A program made the translations under genes and the position numbers. Below the pieces are notes generated by a model. The model did no database searches. It had not been told where the DNA came from and worked only from the letters and a program-made list of their open reading frames with translations. A stretch of 64,000 nt of DNA from Octopus sinensis (Eukaryota), in the NCBI RefSeq assembly GCF_006345805.1, contig NC_043003.1, forward strand, positions 28,148,001 through 28,212,000. The letters are read 5' to 3'. Positions 1 through 11,156 of the stretch are shown piece after piece. How positions within the stretch are numbered: the stretch's first letter is position 1; the number at the start of each line of letters is the position of its first letter.

Positions 1-623
1 GTAACTGGTACTTAATGTATCGACCCCCGAAAGGATGAAAGGCAAAGTCGACCGCGGCGGAATTTGAACTCAGAACGAAAAGACAGACGAAATACTGCTA
101 AGCATTTCGCCCGGCTTGCTAACGTTTCTGCCAGCTCGCCGTGGTTGTCGCCATTGTTGTTGTTATTTTCATCAAGGTTACAATTTTTTCATTGCTTAGG
201 TCATCACCATTTTCTGATATTTGACTAAACTGGAATAGGATTACTATAAATCCGTAAAAAGCAAAAAGCGAAAAATTTTGATTTCAAAAAAACTAACAAA
301 AAAATTTAAAGAAAATTTCCAGGATCCACACACTCACTGCCACCAGCCATAGATTTATAATCTTCGGGGAATTAATAAAAAAAATCGATAATGTATCTCA
401 AAATGTTTCTAAATTGTATTTTTTCATGTTAAATTTTTCATGTTTGTACTTCTATTTCAAAATTAATTTTATTATCTTTATTAAATTGTGTTTTATACCG
501 AAATTGCACTTTTCTATGAAAAATTATATTTTCATATAGAAAATTATATTTTCATATATTGATTGTGTAATTTTTTTTTTGAAAATGTATTTAACTGTGA
601 TAATGTTATTAGAATTTTATGAA

Positions 624-856
624 GGCGGTGAGCTACCAGAATCGTTAGCACGGCGGACGAAATGCTATGTTCTGAGTTCAAATTCCGCCGAGGTCGACTT
701 TGCCTTTCATCCTTTCGGGGTCGATAAATTTTAAGATCTTGTGCCTATTGTAGAAAGTACCAATTACGCACTGGGGTCGATGTAATCGACTTAATCCGTC
801 TGTCTGTCTTTGTTAGTTCCCTTTATGTTTAGCCCCCTGTGGGCAATAAAGAAATA
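624..856 (+). mobile_element. tRNA-headed SINE family A (subtype A2 with Tx1-like tail)
   Basis: ggcggtgagct.ccagaatcgttagc...gagttcaaattccgccgaggtcgac consensus. Further family A copies at 1-141(-), 857-1045(+), 2878-3085(-), 3112-3325(+), 15270-15375(-), 36357-36570(+, A2), 37490-37620(-), 39710-39900(-), 40415-40628(-), 41810-41995(-), 42630-42845(-), 47890-48100(-), 52420-52632(-), 52648-52835(-), 54135-54325(+), 56490-56620(+), 58975-59185(-), 61690-61900(+), 62460-62645(-). Confidence 0.9.
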
Positions 857-1516
857 TGAATCGTTAGCACGCTGGGCGGGATACCCAGCGGTATTTCGCT
901 CGTCGCTACGTTCAGAGTTCAAATTCCGCCGAGATCGACTTTGCCTTTCATCCTTTCGGGGTCGATAAAATTGGTACCAATTAAACACTGGGATCGATGT
1001 GATTGACTCATCCCAAGCTGCCCTTGTGACAAAAAATTTGCGATAGTTATTACAATTTTATGTTGAGACATTATTTCTTGTTCAATAAAAAGTTTGTATT
1101 TTATTGTGAAAATGTAATTATAATTTCAAGTCACAGTTTGTATGTTTTATATTTCTAATTCTGTTTCAAAGAAAGGGTATTTTAGATCGAAATTATATAT
1201 TGTTATGAAAAATTGTATTTTCAAATAGAAATCTATATTTTCACGAATCGTGTAACTCGTTGAAAATGTATTTTACTGTGATAATGCGATTATAATTTCA
1301 TGTTAAAATTCTACTTCTTGTTAAATAAAAAAAGACCATTTTATTGTGAAAATGTAATTACAATTCTATGTTAAATTTTGTGTTTTTTTAATATCTTTTA
1401 TTTCTATTTCAAAATTAATTCTATCTCTTTAAAATTGGTATATACTGAAATCGTATTTTCATATGAAAATTATAATTTCTTTGTTGTAAATTCATGTTGT
1501 AAAAGCGTTTTACTAT

Positions 1517-1701
1517 TCTCTTTACTCTTTTACTTGTTTCAGGCATTTGACTGCGGCCATGCTGGAGCACCGCCTTTAGTCGAGCAAATCGACCCCGGGA
1601 CTTATTCTTTGTAAGCCCAGTACTTATTCTATCGGTCTCTTTTTGCCGAACCGCTAAGTGACGGGGATGTAAACACACCAGCATCAGGGGGACAAACACA
1701 G

Positions 1702-1736
<35 letters not shown>

Positions 1737-1897
1737 ACAGGCTTCTTTCAGTTTCCGTCTACTAAATCCACTCACAAGGCATTGGTCGGCCCGGGGCTAT
1801 AGCAGAAGACACTTGCCCAAGATGCCACGCAGTGGGACTGAACCCGGAACCATCAGGTTGGTTAGCAAGCTACTTACCACACAGCCACTCCTGCGCC
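1517..1897 (-). mobile_element. SINE family B
   Basis: Reverse complement of the 8955-9303 consensus, including the ttgggcaagtgtctt CORE-like motif. Confidence 0.9.
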
Positions 1898-4295
1898 TGG
1901 AAATTTAATTTTAATTTCATGTTATAATATTATTTCATATTGAATAAAGAAATATACAGAGGTCAGCAAGACCTGTGCTCACACATCCACTAACACACAA
2001 ACACACACAGACGCCCACACGGGCGTAAACGCACGCACGCACTTGCTCACACAAACCTATCGGTCATCACATATGCAAGCAACAACGCATTTCAGACAAG
2101 CAAACATAGTTTCCGTAACGAAGTGAAGTCACTGAAAAGGTTGAGAATGGCAACGAAAGAATTTTGAGTAATAAAAAAAAAATGCAAAAATAAAAACGAT
2201 TGACTGTTTTACCAACAAGTTAAACAAACGATCGATTTGTTAGTTGGATAGATATTTAATCAATTGACTAATAAAGGAGTGGAATTGAACTTGGTGGCTG
2301 TATTATTAACATTGGCCTCACGACTCTCCTTAAGTACAATAAAATTTGTTTCAACACACGGATTCACATAAAGAACCAAATACAAAAACGAAGTAAAAAA
2401 TGCGTTTTATTGTGAAAATGTTATAATTCCAAGCTCAAATATTATTTCTTGTTAACTAAAAACAAAAATGCATGTAACTACTGTCAAAATGTAATTATAA
2501 TTTCATGTTAGAATTTGTATTGTTCATATTGTTACTTCTGTTTCAAAAGTTCATTTCTTTATGAAGTGGTATTTTACACAGAAATTGTATTTTCATATAA
2601 AAATTGTAATTTTCATCCATTGATTACGAAATTCGTATTGAAGAAGTATTTTACCATGAAAATATATTTTGAATTTCATGTTAAATTTTTTTTTATTTGC
2701 GCCATAAGAATGTAGAAACTTATTTGAAATAAATTATTTTTAACGGCTGAACTCGAAGTAGATAAAGCTATAAATAATAACACGTAGAATATTGGTTTAA
2801 AAACCATTGGGTGGAAAAAATCTTTTAACTTTGCATTTCACTGTAAAAATCGAATTCTAATTCAAAATTATAATATTGGTTTCAAATTTTGGAACAAGGC
2901 CAGCAATCTTGGGGAGGGGCTAAGTCGATTATATCAACCCCAATGCTCCACTAGAACTTATTTTATCGATCTCGAAAGGATGAACGGTAAAATCGACCTC
3001 AGCGGATTATGAACTCAGAACATAAAGACGGACCAAACGCCGCTATGCACTTTGCTAATTATTCTGCCAGCTAGCTACGTTGATCTCATATTATAAAATT
3101 TTTTGTTAAAGGCGGTGAGCTGGCAGAATCGTTAGCACGCCGGACAAAATGCTTAGCGACATGACGTTCTGAGTTCAAATTTCGTGGAAGTCGAATATAC
3201 TATTCTTCCTTTCGGGGTCAATAAAAGAAGTATCAGTTGATCACTGGAGTCGATGTACTCGACTTATCCTGACCTCGCCCCACCACCGGAAATTGCTGGC
3301 CTTGTGCCAAAATCTGAAATCAATAATATTTATTGTTAAATAACAAATTTGTATCGAACTCCGAAAATTTAATTATATTTTCATGTTAAAATAATATTTT
3401 TTTATCAAAATAAAAATTGAATTTCACCGTTATGTGTAATTATAATTTCATGTTATTAATTTATTTCTTGCTTAATAAAAAGAATTACAAATTGCATTTT
3501 ACAGTTAAAATCTAATTATAATTTCATAACATAATTTATTCTTAAATAAAGTATTGCACTTTATTGTGAAAATTATAATTATAATTATAAAATTATAATT
3601 TCATGTTCGTATAATATTATTTCATGTTAAATAAAAAAAATTGCATTTCCCACGTCGTGTAACATCAATTTTTGTTAAATATAAAGTTGTATCTTACTAT
3701 GAAAATGTTATAATTTCATATTAAAATACTTCTTCATAAATAAAATAAAAAAAGATGCTGCTATATTTTCCTGCTCAAGTCGTAGTTTGGCCGCAATCAA
3801 AATGCATTTCACAACGCCATATCAGGTGTCTAACTTTAGTATCAAGTCTAAAGTTTCACGTGAGTGTCTATCCTAAAAAGATCAATGTAGCTGATTGGTC
3901 TTCGTCCTTTGTTAAGGTGCAGAAGTTTCCAATATATAACATCTAATTCAACCTGTTGTCTAAGCATGATAGCAATGATCAGTAAAGCTCAGTTCTGTGT
4001 TGAGCGACACATTTTATTCTCTTATTCTTTTGCTCGTGTCAGGTTGGGGCTCTGCCTTGAAGAGTTTACTCCAATCAAATCGAATCCAGTACTTATTCCT
4101 TTAGAACCTGGTATTTATTCTATTGGTTTATTTTGCCGAACAGCTAGTTTAGAGGCACGGGGATTAAGCAAACCGACACCGGTGCCAAGTGGTAGGGAGA
4201 AAAACACAGACACTGAACCTGAAGACAGACGAAATACCGCTAAGCATTACGCCCGGTGTGCAAACGATCCTACCAGCTCGCTGCCATTGATGATG

Positions 4296-4366
<71 letters not shown>

Positions 4367-4370
4367 AATG

Positions 4371-6215
4371 ATTTCATTCATTTGCAACAAGGACGAAGGA
4401 TGAGGGGGACAATACAAAGACATACATAAAGTGTGGAGGTTTACATATAATAAAATGATAAAAAAAAGGAAAGAAAAAAGGTAGTATACACCGTATACAC
4501 TGAAAAAGAAGGGACATACGCATAGCATACAACAGTTTAAAAAAGTGGTAGGGTGGATGATAGAGATGTGGCCCTCCTGATACAGGAAGGCCTCTAGGGA
4601 TAATCGAGGAACCCTAATGTCTGGGATTTCCCTGAAACCCCAAGAATAAGTGTCCTCTGCAATTCCTTTTCTCCGACTCACAGGTCTACACTTAGAGAGG
4701 TATTATCCACACTTGCCATTTTCGCAACTTACTCCCACAGCACTTCCCTCTTCACTCTCAGTTTCCTTTTCAAGTGAATCTTGAAAAAGTCAATGAGAGC
4801 TCTACCAAAGATGACTGTATCATGCCTTTCAACCTTGTCCACCAAACAACCTCTTGCGCCACAGCCACCAAGCAAATGAAAACTGCCTTGCCTGCCCGAT
4901 TGAAGGAGGGCGGCGGTGCCATCATCGCTACAGACACGGCCGACAGACAGATCGGTTCCACATGTGACAGCAGTTGTTCAATATAACCCTACAAGTCAGC
5001 AATGCCCGGACACTGAAAGAGGACGTGCAGAACGGTTTCGTCAATCTGCGTGCACCTCGGACAAGCCCGTCTGACAGCACATCCGTACTTATAGAGTTTA
5101 TTACGAACCGGTCCCCCCCCCCCCCAGCACTGTCATCCAAGGAAATCTGGAAATCCATGATAGTTCCCGACCGGAAAGTCCTCCGGAACAGACTAGCTAG
5201 TTCGTTCTCATCGGTGCCCAGAGTCTCCCCCAGAACGTTGTCGCACTTCCCTGCCACTAATAATCTATAAATTTCTAAAGCGGAACATCCACCGATCCCA
5301 TTGCCCGACTGGTAGATGGCTGTGAGCGCCTGACGACATTCTGGGTGCCAGGCGCCCAGTCTCGGTCTTTTCTTCATCTAGGACTGCAGCTCCGTCAATG
5401 AGACGGGCTGCGGAAAGATGAGCCTCAGAAACGGGGCCCATACACGCTCACCGTCCGGAAATCGCTGCAGGTGCTGTAACCAAAGAGCGTGTCTGTGCAT
5501 TACGAGCCACGGTTTACCTAATCTGCCACTCAGAGGATGCTGGCAACAGACTGACCGCCTGACCATTAGAACGCATTCTTTCCACAAGAATTCAAATAAG
5601 AGACATTCCAACCTAGTTAAGCAGTAACCGGAACAGGGCACAACGGTCAGGCATTGAATGATAACCTCTGCCCGACCTTTCAAGCACAGTTTCCTCTCAG
5701 CCCATTTCTGGGTAAGACTGGCCACCCTGTTCGACACCTCGTCCCTGTTCTTATCAACCTGGAGGTTGGGACCAAACCAGACTCCGAACAGTTTAACTGG
5801 TCTGTCAGTCCTGCGTCTGACGACGCTGTCCAATAGCATCATCCTGCCTCCCCAGGAGCCCAACCTCAAACCCACCGATTTGCCAGCATTGATTTTAGCC
5901 ACTGCAACCGACTCATATTCCTTTAGGATGGTGCCGACCGTCTCCACTTCGGAGGCATCCGACACCATGACGTTGACGTTATCCGCATATGCTAACCCTG
6001 CGCTTCCTTGTCCCAGTTCGAAAGGGATGTCCCTTAGCTGTTCCAACTTTTGCAGCAGTGGCTCGAGTTCCAATATGTACAGAAGAGGTAACAGCTGGTA
6101 GTCCTGACGGACCGAGCGTGCGATGCAAAACGGCTCCGATAGGTGACCATTTACTTTGACCACTGAACAGGTGCCGCTGTGCATTGCAGCGATCCAGCCC
6201 CTGAAAACGGGTCCG
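4371..6215 (-). mobile_element. Tx1-clade (L1 group) LINE, degraded, 5'-truncated
   Basis: ORF 5378-6184 has the degenerate RT motifs SVRQDYQLLPLLY and AYADNV, plus KINAGKS and VKLFGVWFG, followed by a Tx1-like C-terminal region. The pyrimidine-rich 3' UTR runs into (ATC)n(ATT)n. Confidence 0.85.
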
Positions 6216-6229
6216 AAACCGCCTGCTTT

Positions 6230-7655
6230 TAGAAGTTAAAAGTGCAAAAGTGCAAAAAATGAAATGGGAAAAAGATGTAAACAAAATAGTAATTGGATGC
6301 TGGCTGAGAAGTGAGCCAAATAAAGGAAGTTTTATGAAGCGAATGAAGAGAATATGGGATGAAAAAGGAGTTTTTGAAGCATCTGCCCAGCGACTGATAG
6401 ACTAACAAGGGCAATTCGTATGAACAACTAGATTACAGGATTAGAGGTTGGAGAAATCCAGAGGAGTATAAAAAAATGAGAAGGAAGGGAGAGAGATAGC
6501 AGTTGCAGAAAGTGGTAATGAAGGGGTAAGAGATGAAGAATATAAAAATGAAGGAAATCACTATATGCCTGAGATTGCTGATGAAGTAAATAGCGAAGAT
6601 GATCTAGTTGGACAAGTGACTGTAAATGCTGCCCAAGACTTGAATGACGAAGAGAAGAAGATTTTAGAAATGCTACGAGGTAAAATGTTTGATGGGAACA
6701 GTGAAGTACTACCAAATGTCAGATATATGGACAAAGGGAAAGCATGGAGAGCCACAGGCAAAGCAAATAATGTTTTGTGCTTCATTAGAACAGAAAACAT
6801 CTGTGAAATAAACCAGCTAATCATAGCTGCTGGTAATGTTGTAGCATAGTAGGATACAAGCGGAAAACAAGAAATGTAAGGAAATGAAAAGAAAGAACCA
6901 AACTGGGGGAAGAGAATACAAATGAAATAGGAAAAGACACGGATAGAACTGGAGTAATTAAATCGGATAATGAGAGGAGAGCTCAAGGATGTGGTAGCAA
7001 TCAGAAAATTGAACAGCACAGGTTAGAAAAATGAGGAAAGCAAACAGTACATAAATAATTATCACAAAGGATGACTGCGTTATTGGTCAAACTGAAAAGA
7101 TATGATGCTAGATGCAAAGGCTTTGAACAGAATGGTCTGTTCCGATCAATTAGAAAGCATCCTTTTGAGAAAATAGAGTAGAGCCAACATCAGGAAATGA
7201 TTCCTGATGCAGAAGAAGGTAAAATATTTTGGGAAGAACTGGGGAACAGGCTGGTGAGACTTAAAGAAAGTGCAGAATGGCTAACTCAAGTGGAAAGGCA
7301 ACTTGCAACCGTGCCAAGACAAAAGAACGTCAGAATCGATCTGTATACAGTGAGACTGAGGTTTAAAAAATAGCAAATTGAAAAAGACCTGGCCCAGACG
7401 GAGTTCAAAGCTACTAGCTGAAGAACTAGTAATTGGGACATTGGGAACTGTATAGGCAAATGGTTGAAGGAGATTGGAATAGAATGTCCTGTAGTGTTTC
7501 TACAGAAAGTTTGCCTCTTAAGGGACAGGAAAAATTATCAGGAGGGTCTTAAACACTTGAAAGACTATTGAAAGCTTGTGGATACTCAAGGTTGCGGTAG
7601 TGACCCGCTACCCACATAAATCTTGCCAGAAATAAGACCGAACCTGAGTCAAAGC
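6230..7655 (+). mobile_element. R4/Dong-clade (RLE-type) non-LTR element, internally deleted and degraded
   Basis: An N-terminal R4/Dong-like region (MKWEKDVNKIVIGCWLRSEP...IWDEKGVFEASAQRL) runs up to a KRPGPDGVQSYWLK-like pre-RT motif. It then jumps directly to the C-terminal VIGTLGTV...LQKVCLLG..KIIRRVL motif. Confidence 0.75.
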
Positions 7656-7671
7656 AGTAGCAGCAGCAGCA

Positions 7672-8065
7672 AGTGGAGGCGCAATGGCCCACTGGTTAGG
7701 GCAGCGGACTCGCGGTCGGAGGATCGCGGTTTCGATTCCCAGACCGGGCGTTGTGTGTTTATTGAGCGAAAACACCTAAAGCTCCACGAGGCTCCGGCAG
7801 GGGGTGGTGGCGACCCCTGTTGTACTCTTTCGCTCCAACTTTCTCTCACTCTTTCTTCCTGTTTCTTGTCCCCGACTTCCTACGCAACCGCTGAGCCTGG
7901 ATGCGTATTCATCCATCCGTCGATGCTCTCGGTGTCGGGGGTTGACCTGCTTTCTCTTCTGCGGGTCATACGAATAGCAAAGGACCACGTTTCGGACTTC
8001 TCCCACTACAGAGGCGCGATCTTGCGAGCTCTGGGACGAAGACCGCTTCGCTCAACAAACAAACA
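7672..8065 (+). mobile_element. CpG-rich tRNA-headed SINE with a unique body and (AAAC)(AAC)n tail
   Basis: A box tggcccactgg and B box ggtttcgattccc. The head resembles family C, but the 3' ~250 bp has no other copy in this window. Confidence 0.8.
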
Positions 8066-8089
8066 AACAAACAAAAGCAGCAGCAGCAA

Positions 8090-8183
<94 letters not shown>

Positions 8184-8774
8184 CAACAACAACAACAACC
8201 AACTACGAATCCAAAATCACATCACGGCAGTGGATCGGATTTCTCTTCCACCATCTAAATAGCTCAGGAGTGAGAGAGACATAGAACGAAGAGAGGAAGA
8301 AAACGCGCACTTGTTTATTTATTTGTGTGTGTGTGTGTGTGTGTGTGCGTGTGTGTGTGTAATTTTAGTCTGATTAAATGAGCAGTTAGCTTTGAATTAT
8401 CTAAAATAGCTTAGACGAAATTAATTGAAAAAGCTATGTCTGATGAAATCTAACTATATTTGTATTTGTTTAGATTTTTGTCTTTACTTTAATATGATTG
8501 TACATAATCTCAATTTATTCAAAATTAGAATTATTGATATTTCAAAAGTCAGCGTTGTTTGTGTCCAGGTTTTTCTTTCTTTTGAATTTAAAAATAAAAA
8601 TTAGAAAAGAAAAGAGAAATAATTTATTATTGCATTTCCAAAAAACATGACGGGCTTCGTCTGTTAGTTAAAAAAGAAATTTCAGAAGAATAGTTATTTT
8701 ATGGTGTCTCTCTGTCTGCTGTCTGTCAGGCTGTCCGTCCGTCTGTCCATCCATCTATCCGTCCATCCCTGCAC

Positions 8775-8861
<87 letters not shown>

Positions 8862-8889
8862 GCATGAATATATGTATATACACGTATTC

Positions 8890-8954
<65 letters not shown>

Positions 8955-8955
<1 letters not shown>

Positions 8956-9303
8956 GCGCAGGAGTGGCTGTGTGGTAAGTAGCTTGCTAACCAACCACAT
9001 GGTTCCGGGTTCTATGCCTTCTGAGTGGATTTGGTTGACGGAAACTGAAAGAAGCCTGTCGTATATATGTATATGTATGTGTGTGTATGTGTTTGTGTGT
9101 CTGTGTTTGTCCCCCTAGCATTGCTTGACAACCGTTGCTAGTGTGTTTACGTCCCCGTCACTTAGCGGTTCGGCAAAAGAGACCGATAGAATAAGTACTG
9201 GGCTTACAAAGAATAAGTCCCGGGGTCGATTTGCTCGACTAAAGGCGGTGCTCCAGCATGGCCACAGTCAAATGACTGAAACATGTAAAAGAGTAAAAGA
9301 GTA
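8955..9303 (+). mobile_element. tRNA-headed SINE family B (CORE-like, internal microsatellite, CR1-type tail)
   Basis: A-box-like tggctgtgtggt and B-box-like ggttccgggttc, internal (TA/TG)n, 3' ggcggtgctccagcatggcc hairpin and (taaaaga)n tail. Other copies or fragments at 1517-1897(-), 28090-28560(-), 28560-29020(-), 30330-30470(-), 31485-32010(-), 43080-43400(-), 45830-45980(+), 63200-63340(-). Confidence 0.9.
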
Positions 9304-9329
9304 ATATATATATATATATATATATATGA

Positions 9330-9576
9330 TTCGACTACCTCTCAACTTCTGTTCTTTCAACATGTGATCTCTTGAGCACCACCAGCTCAAATATTTTTTC
9401 CTCTGTCTTCCCTTCTTGGGATCTTTCCTTCTCCTTGTTTCCGACGAAGAGCTCCGCTCGAAACGTTAAACCCTCCTTCCCTTCTTTCCTGAGCGTCAAT
9501 AATACTTTAATTGTTCCACGTCCTGCGTTGCTGTGTTTTTTTTTTCTCTTTTTTCTGTGTTTTCTTGTTTGGATTA

Positions 9577-9580
<4 letters not shown>
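9330..9580 (+). mobile_element. Penelope-like non-autonomous fragment (family P1) between (TA)n tracts
   Basis: Homologous to 19845-20032. Carries the hammerhead followed by a pyrimidine/TG-rich tail ending ...tttggattaactt(at)n. A related minus-strand fragment lies at ~14260-14364. Confidence 0.55.
9437..9471 (+). ncRNA. Minimal type I hammerhead fold (family P1, CCGACGA core)
   Basis: Same sequence as 19909-19943 except U4C; site after 9467. Confidence 0.5.
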
Positions 9581-9615
<35 letters not shown>

Positions 9616-9994
9616 ATCATTATTTCTAAAACTCTCAAAGAGAGATACTCAGTAATAGTTCTTTAAAGTAAAGGCTATTTGCCAACATAATGTGGCCGTC
9701 CTGGAAGGGACAATTGCTGCTGTTGTTTAGCCCCAGGAAACAACGTTTCCAGCTGGCTATGCGGCACAATATTTGGACACAGTTCTATAAATCTTAATTC
9801 AACAGAGACTATATAAAACGAAGATTAACTTCAATGCATTGCAGCCTGACGATGGCTTAACTGGCCAAATAATACAGTCGTTTAAGAACTCTCTCTATAT
9901 GTATATCATATAGTAAGTGTAATACAGTATATGTATTTAGTCCACTTACATTTTATATCCATAGATTGATATATCTAACTATCCACCCATTCTT

Positions 9995-10404
9995 TCATTC
10001 ATCCATCCATCCATCCATCTATGCAAGCATGCATACATACGTACATACATACATACATACATACATGCATGCATGCATGCATACATACATACATACATGC
10101 ATACATACATACACACACGCACATACATACATATATACATATATACAAACTCACATACATGCATGCATACATACACACATACAAACATACGTACATACAA
10201 CACATACATACGCACATACATATATACACACGTACATACATACTTACATATATACATACTCATACACATGCATGCATACATATATACATACATACGTACA
10301 CACACATACATACATACATACATGCATGCATGCATGCATGCATCCATACATACATACATACATACACGCATGCATGCATACATACATACATACACACATG
10401 CATG

Positions 10405-10466
<62 letters not shown>

Positions 10467-10470
10467 CATA
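9995..10470. repeat. (CATA/CATG/CA)n microsatellite
   Basis: Direct reading. Similar (TATG)n tracts at 23692-23810 and 26705-26915. Confidence 0.95.
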
Positions 10471-11116
10471 CATGCATATGCATAAAGACATTTACATACA
10501 TTACTATTCAAATGTAAATACCAAAGCATAAATCCATTTCTATACCTTTTTCAATCTCGACCTACTTTAACGGAAATAATATATTTTGAGCACTTTGTAC
10601 TTCGTGAGTAAAAATAAACTTATTAAAAATTTAGATCTATAAATGTTTATATTACAAAAAAGGAAATTATTCATTACTTTCATTCATAACCTTTATTTTT
10701 ATATTTTCATATTTTATGTTTTATTTTATTTTATTTTATTTTTCTGTAGGAAAAGCAGAGACCATGAATATTTACATGGCGTCTTTGATTTGTAGGAGGA
10801 AGCGCGGAAGAAAGTTATTCCCAAACCAGAAGTTTTGGCCAAATGCCTACTGCAGAGTGACTCCTACTACTGGCACCCAAGACTTAGGCGTGGGTGGTAT
10901 TAAACCAGAAGACAGATTAAGTATACCATTCAGGCGTAGACGTTGGCTGCGTGGTAAGACATCTGTTTCTCAGCTACCATGGTTCAGCAGAGATCAGTCC
11001 TACTGCGTGGTACATTTCCCGGGGTATAGTACAAAGCCTTGTGAGTGGATTTGGTAGAAGGGAACTGAAAGAACACCGTCGAAGGTGTGCGTGTATATAT
11101 ATATATTATATATATA

Positions 11117-11155
<39 letters not shown>

Positions 11156-11156
<1 letters not shown>

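Larger units (their letters stand above)
400..3760. repeat. Degenerate AT-rich tandem array interrupted by SINEs
   Basis: The motif ttattgtgaaaatgt(a)attataatttcatgttaaa recurs at roughly 65-70-bp spacing in blocks at ~400-620, 1045-1510, 2400-2720 and 3325-3760. Confidence 0.7.

Noticed and set aside
3780-4010. Minus-strand GRRPISYIDL-like remnant of an RTE C-terminus
   Set aside because: It is too short and too degraded to call with confidence.
7672-7750. tRNA-like heads of the SINEs as tRNA genes
   Set aside because: They have A/B boxes but no complete cloverleaf or acceptor stem, and they run directly into SINE bodies.
9850-9890. CUGACGA-UGGC..GCCA followed by AAU
   Set aside because: There is no GAAA and no stem III; at best it is a badly decayed ribozyme.
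9966-10531. Multiple 150-180-aa ORFs (HTYI/MYVC repeats); likewise 24210-24915, 25063-26123, 26573-27100, 28924-29335, 45958-46305 and 56075-56689
   Set aside because: They are translations of microsatellites, open only because the repeat unit lacks stop codons.
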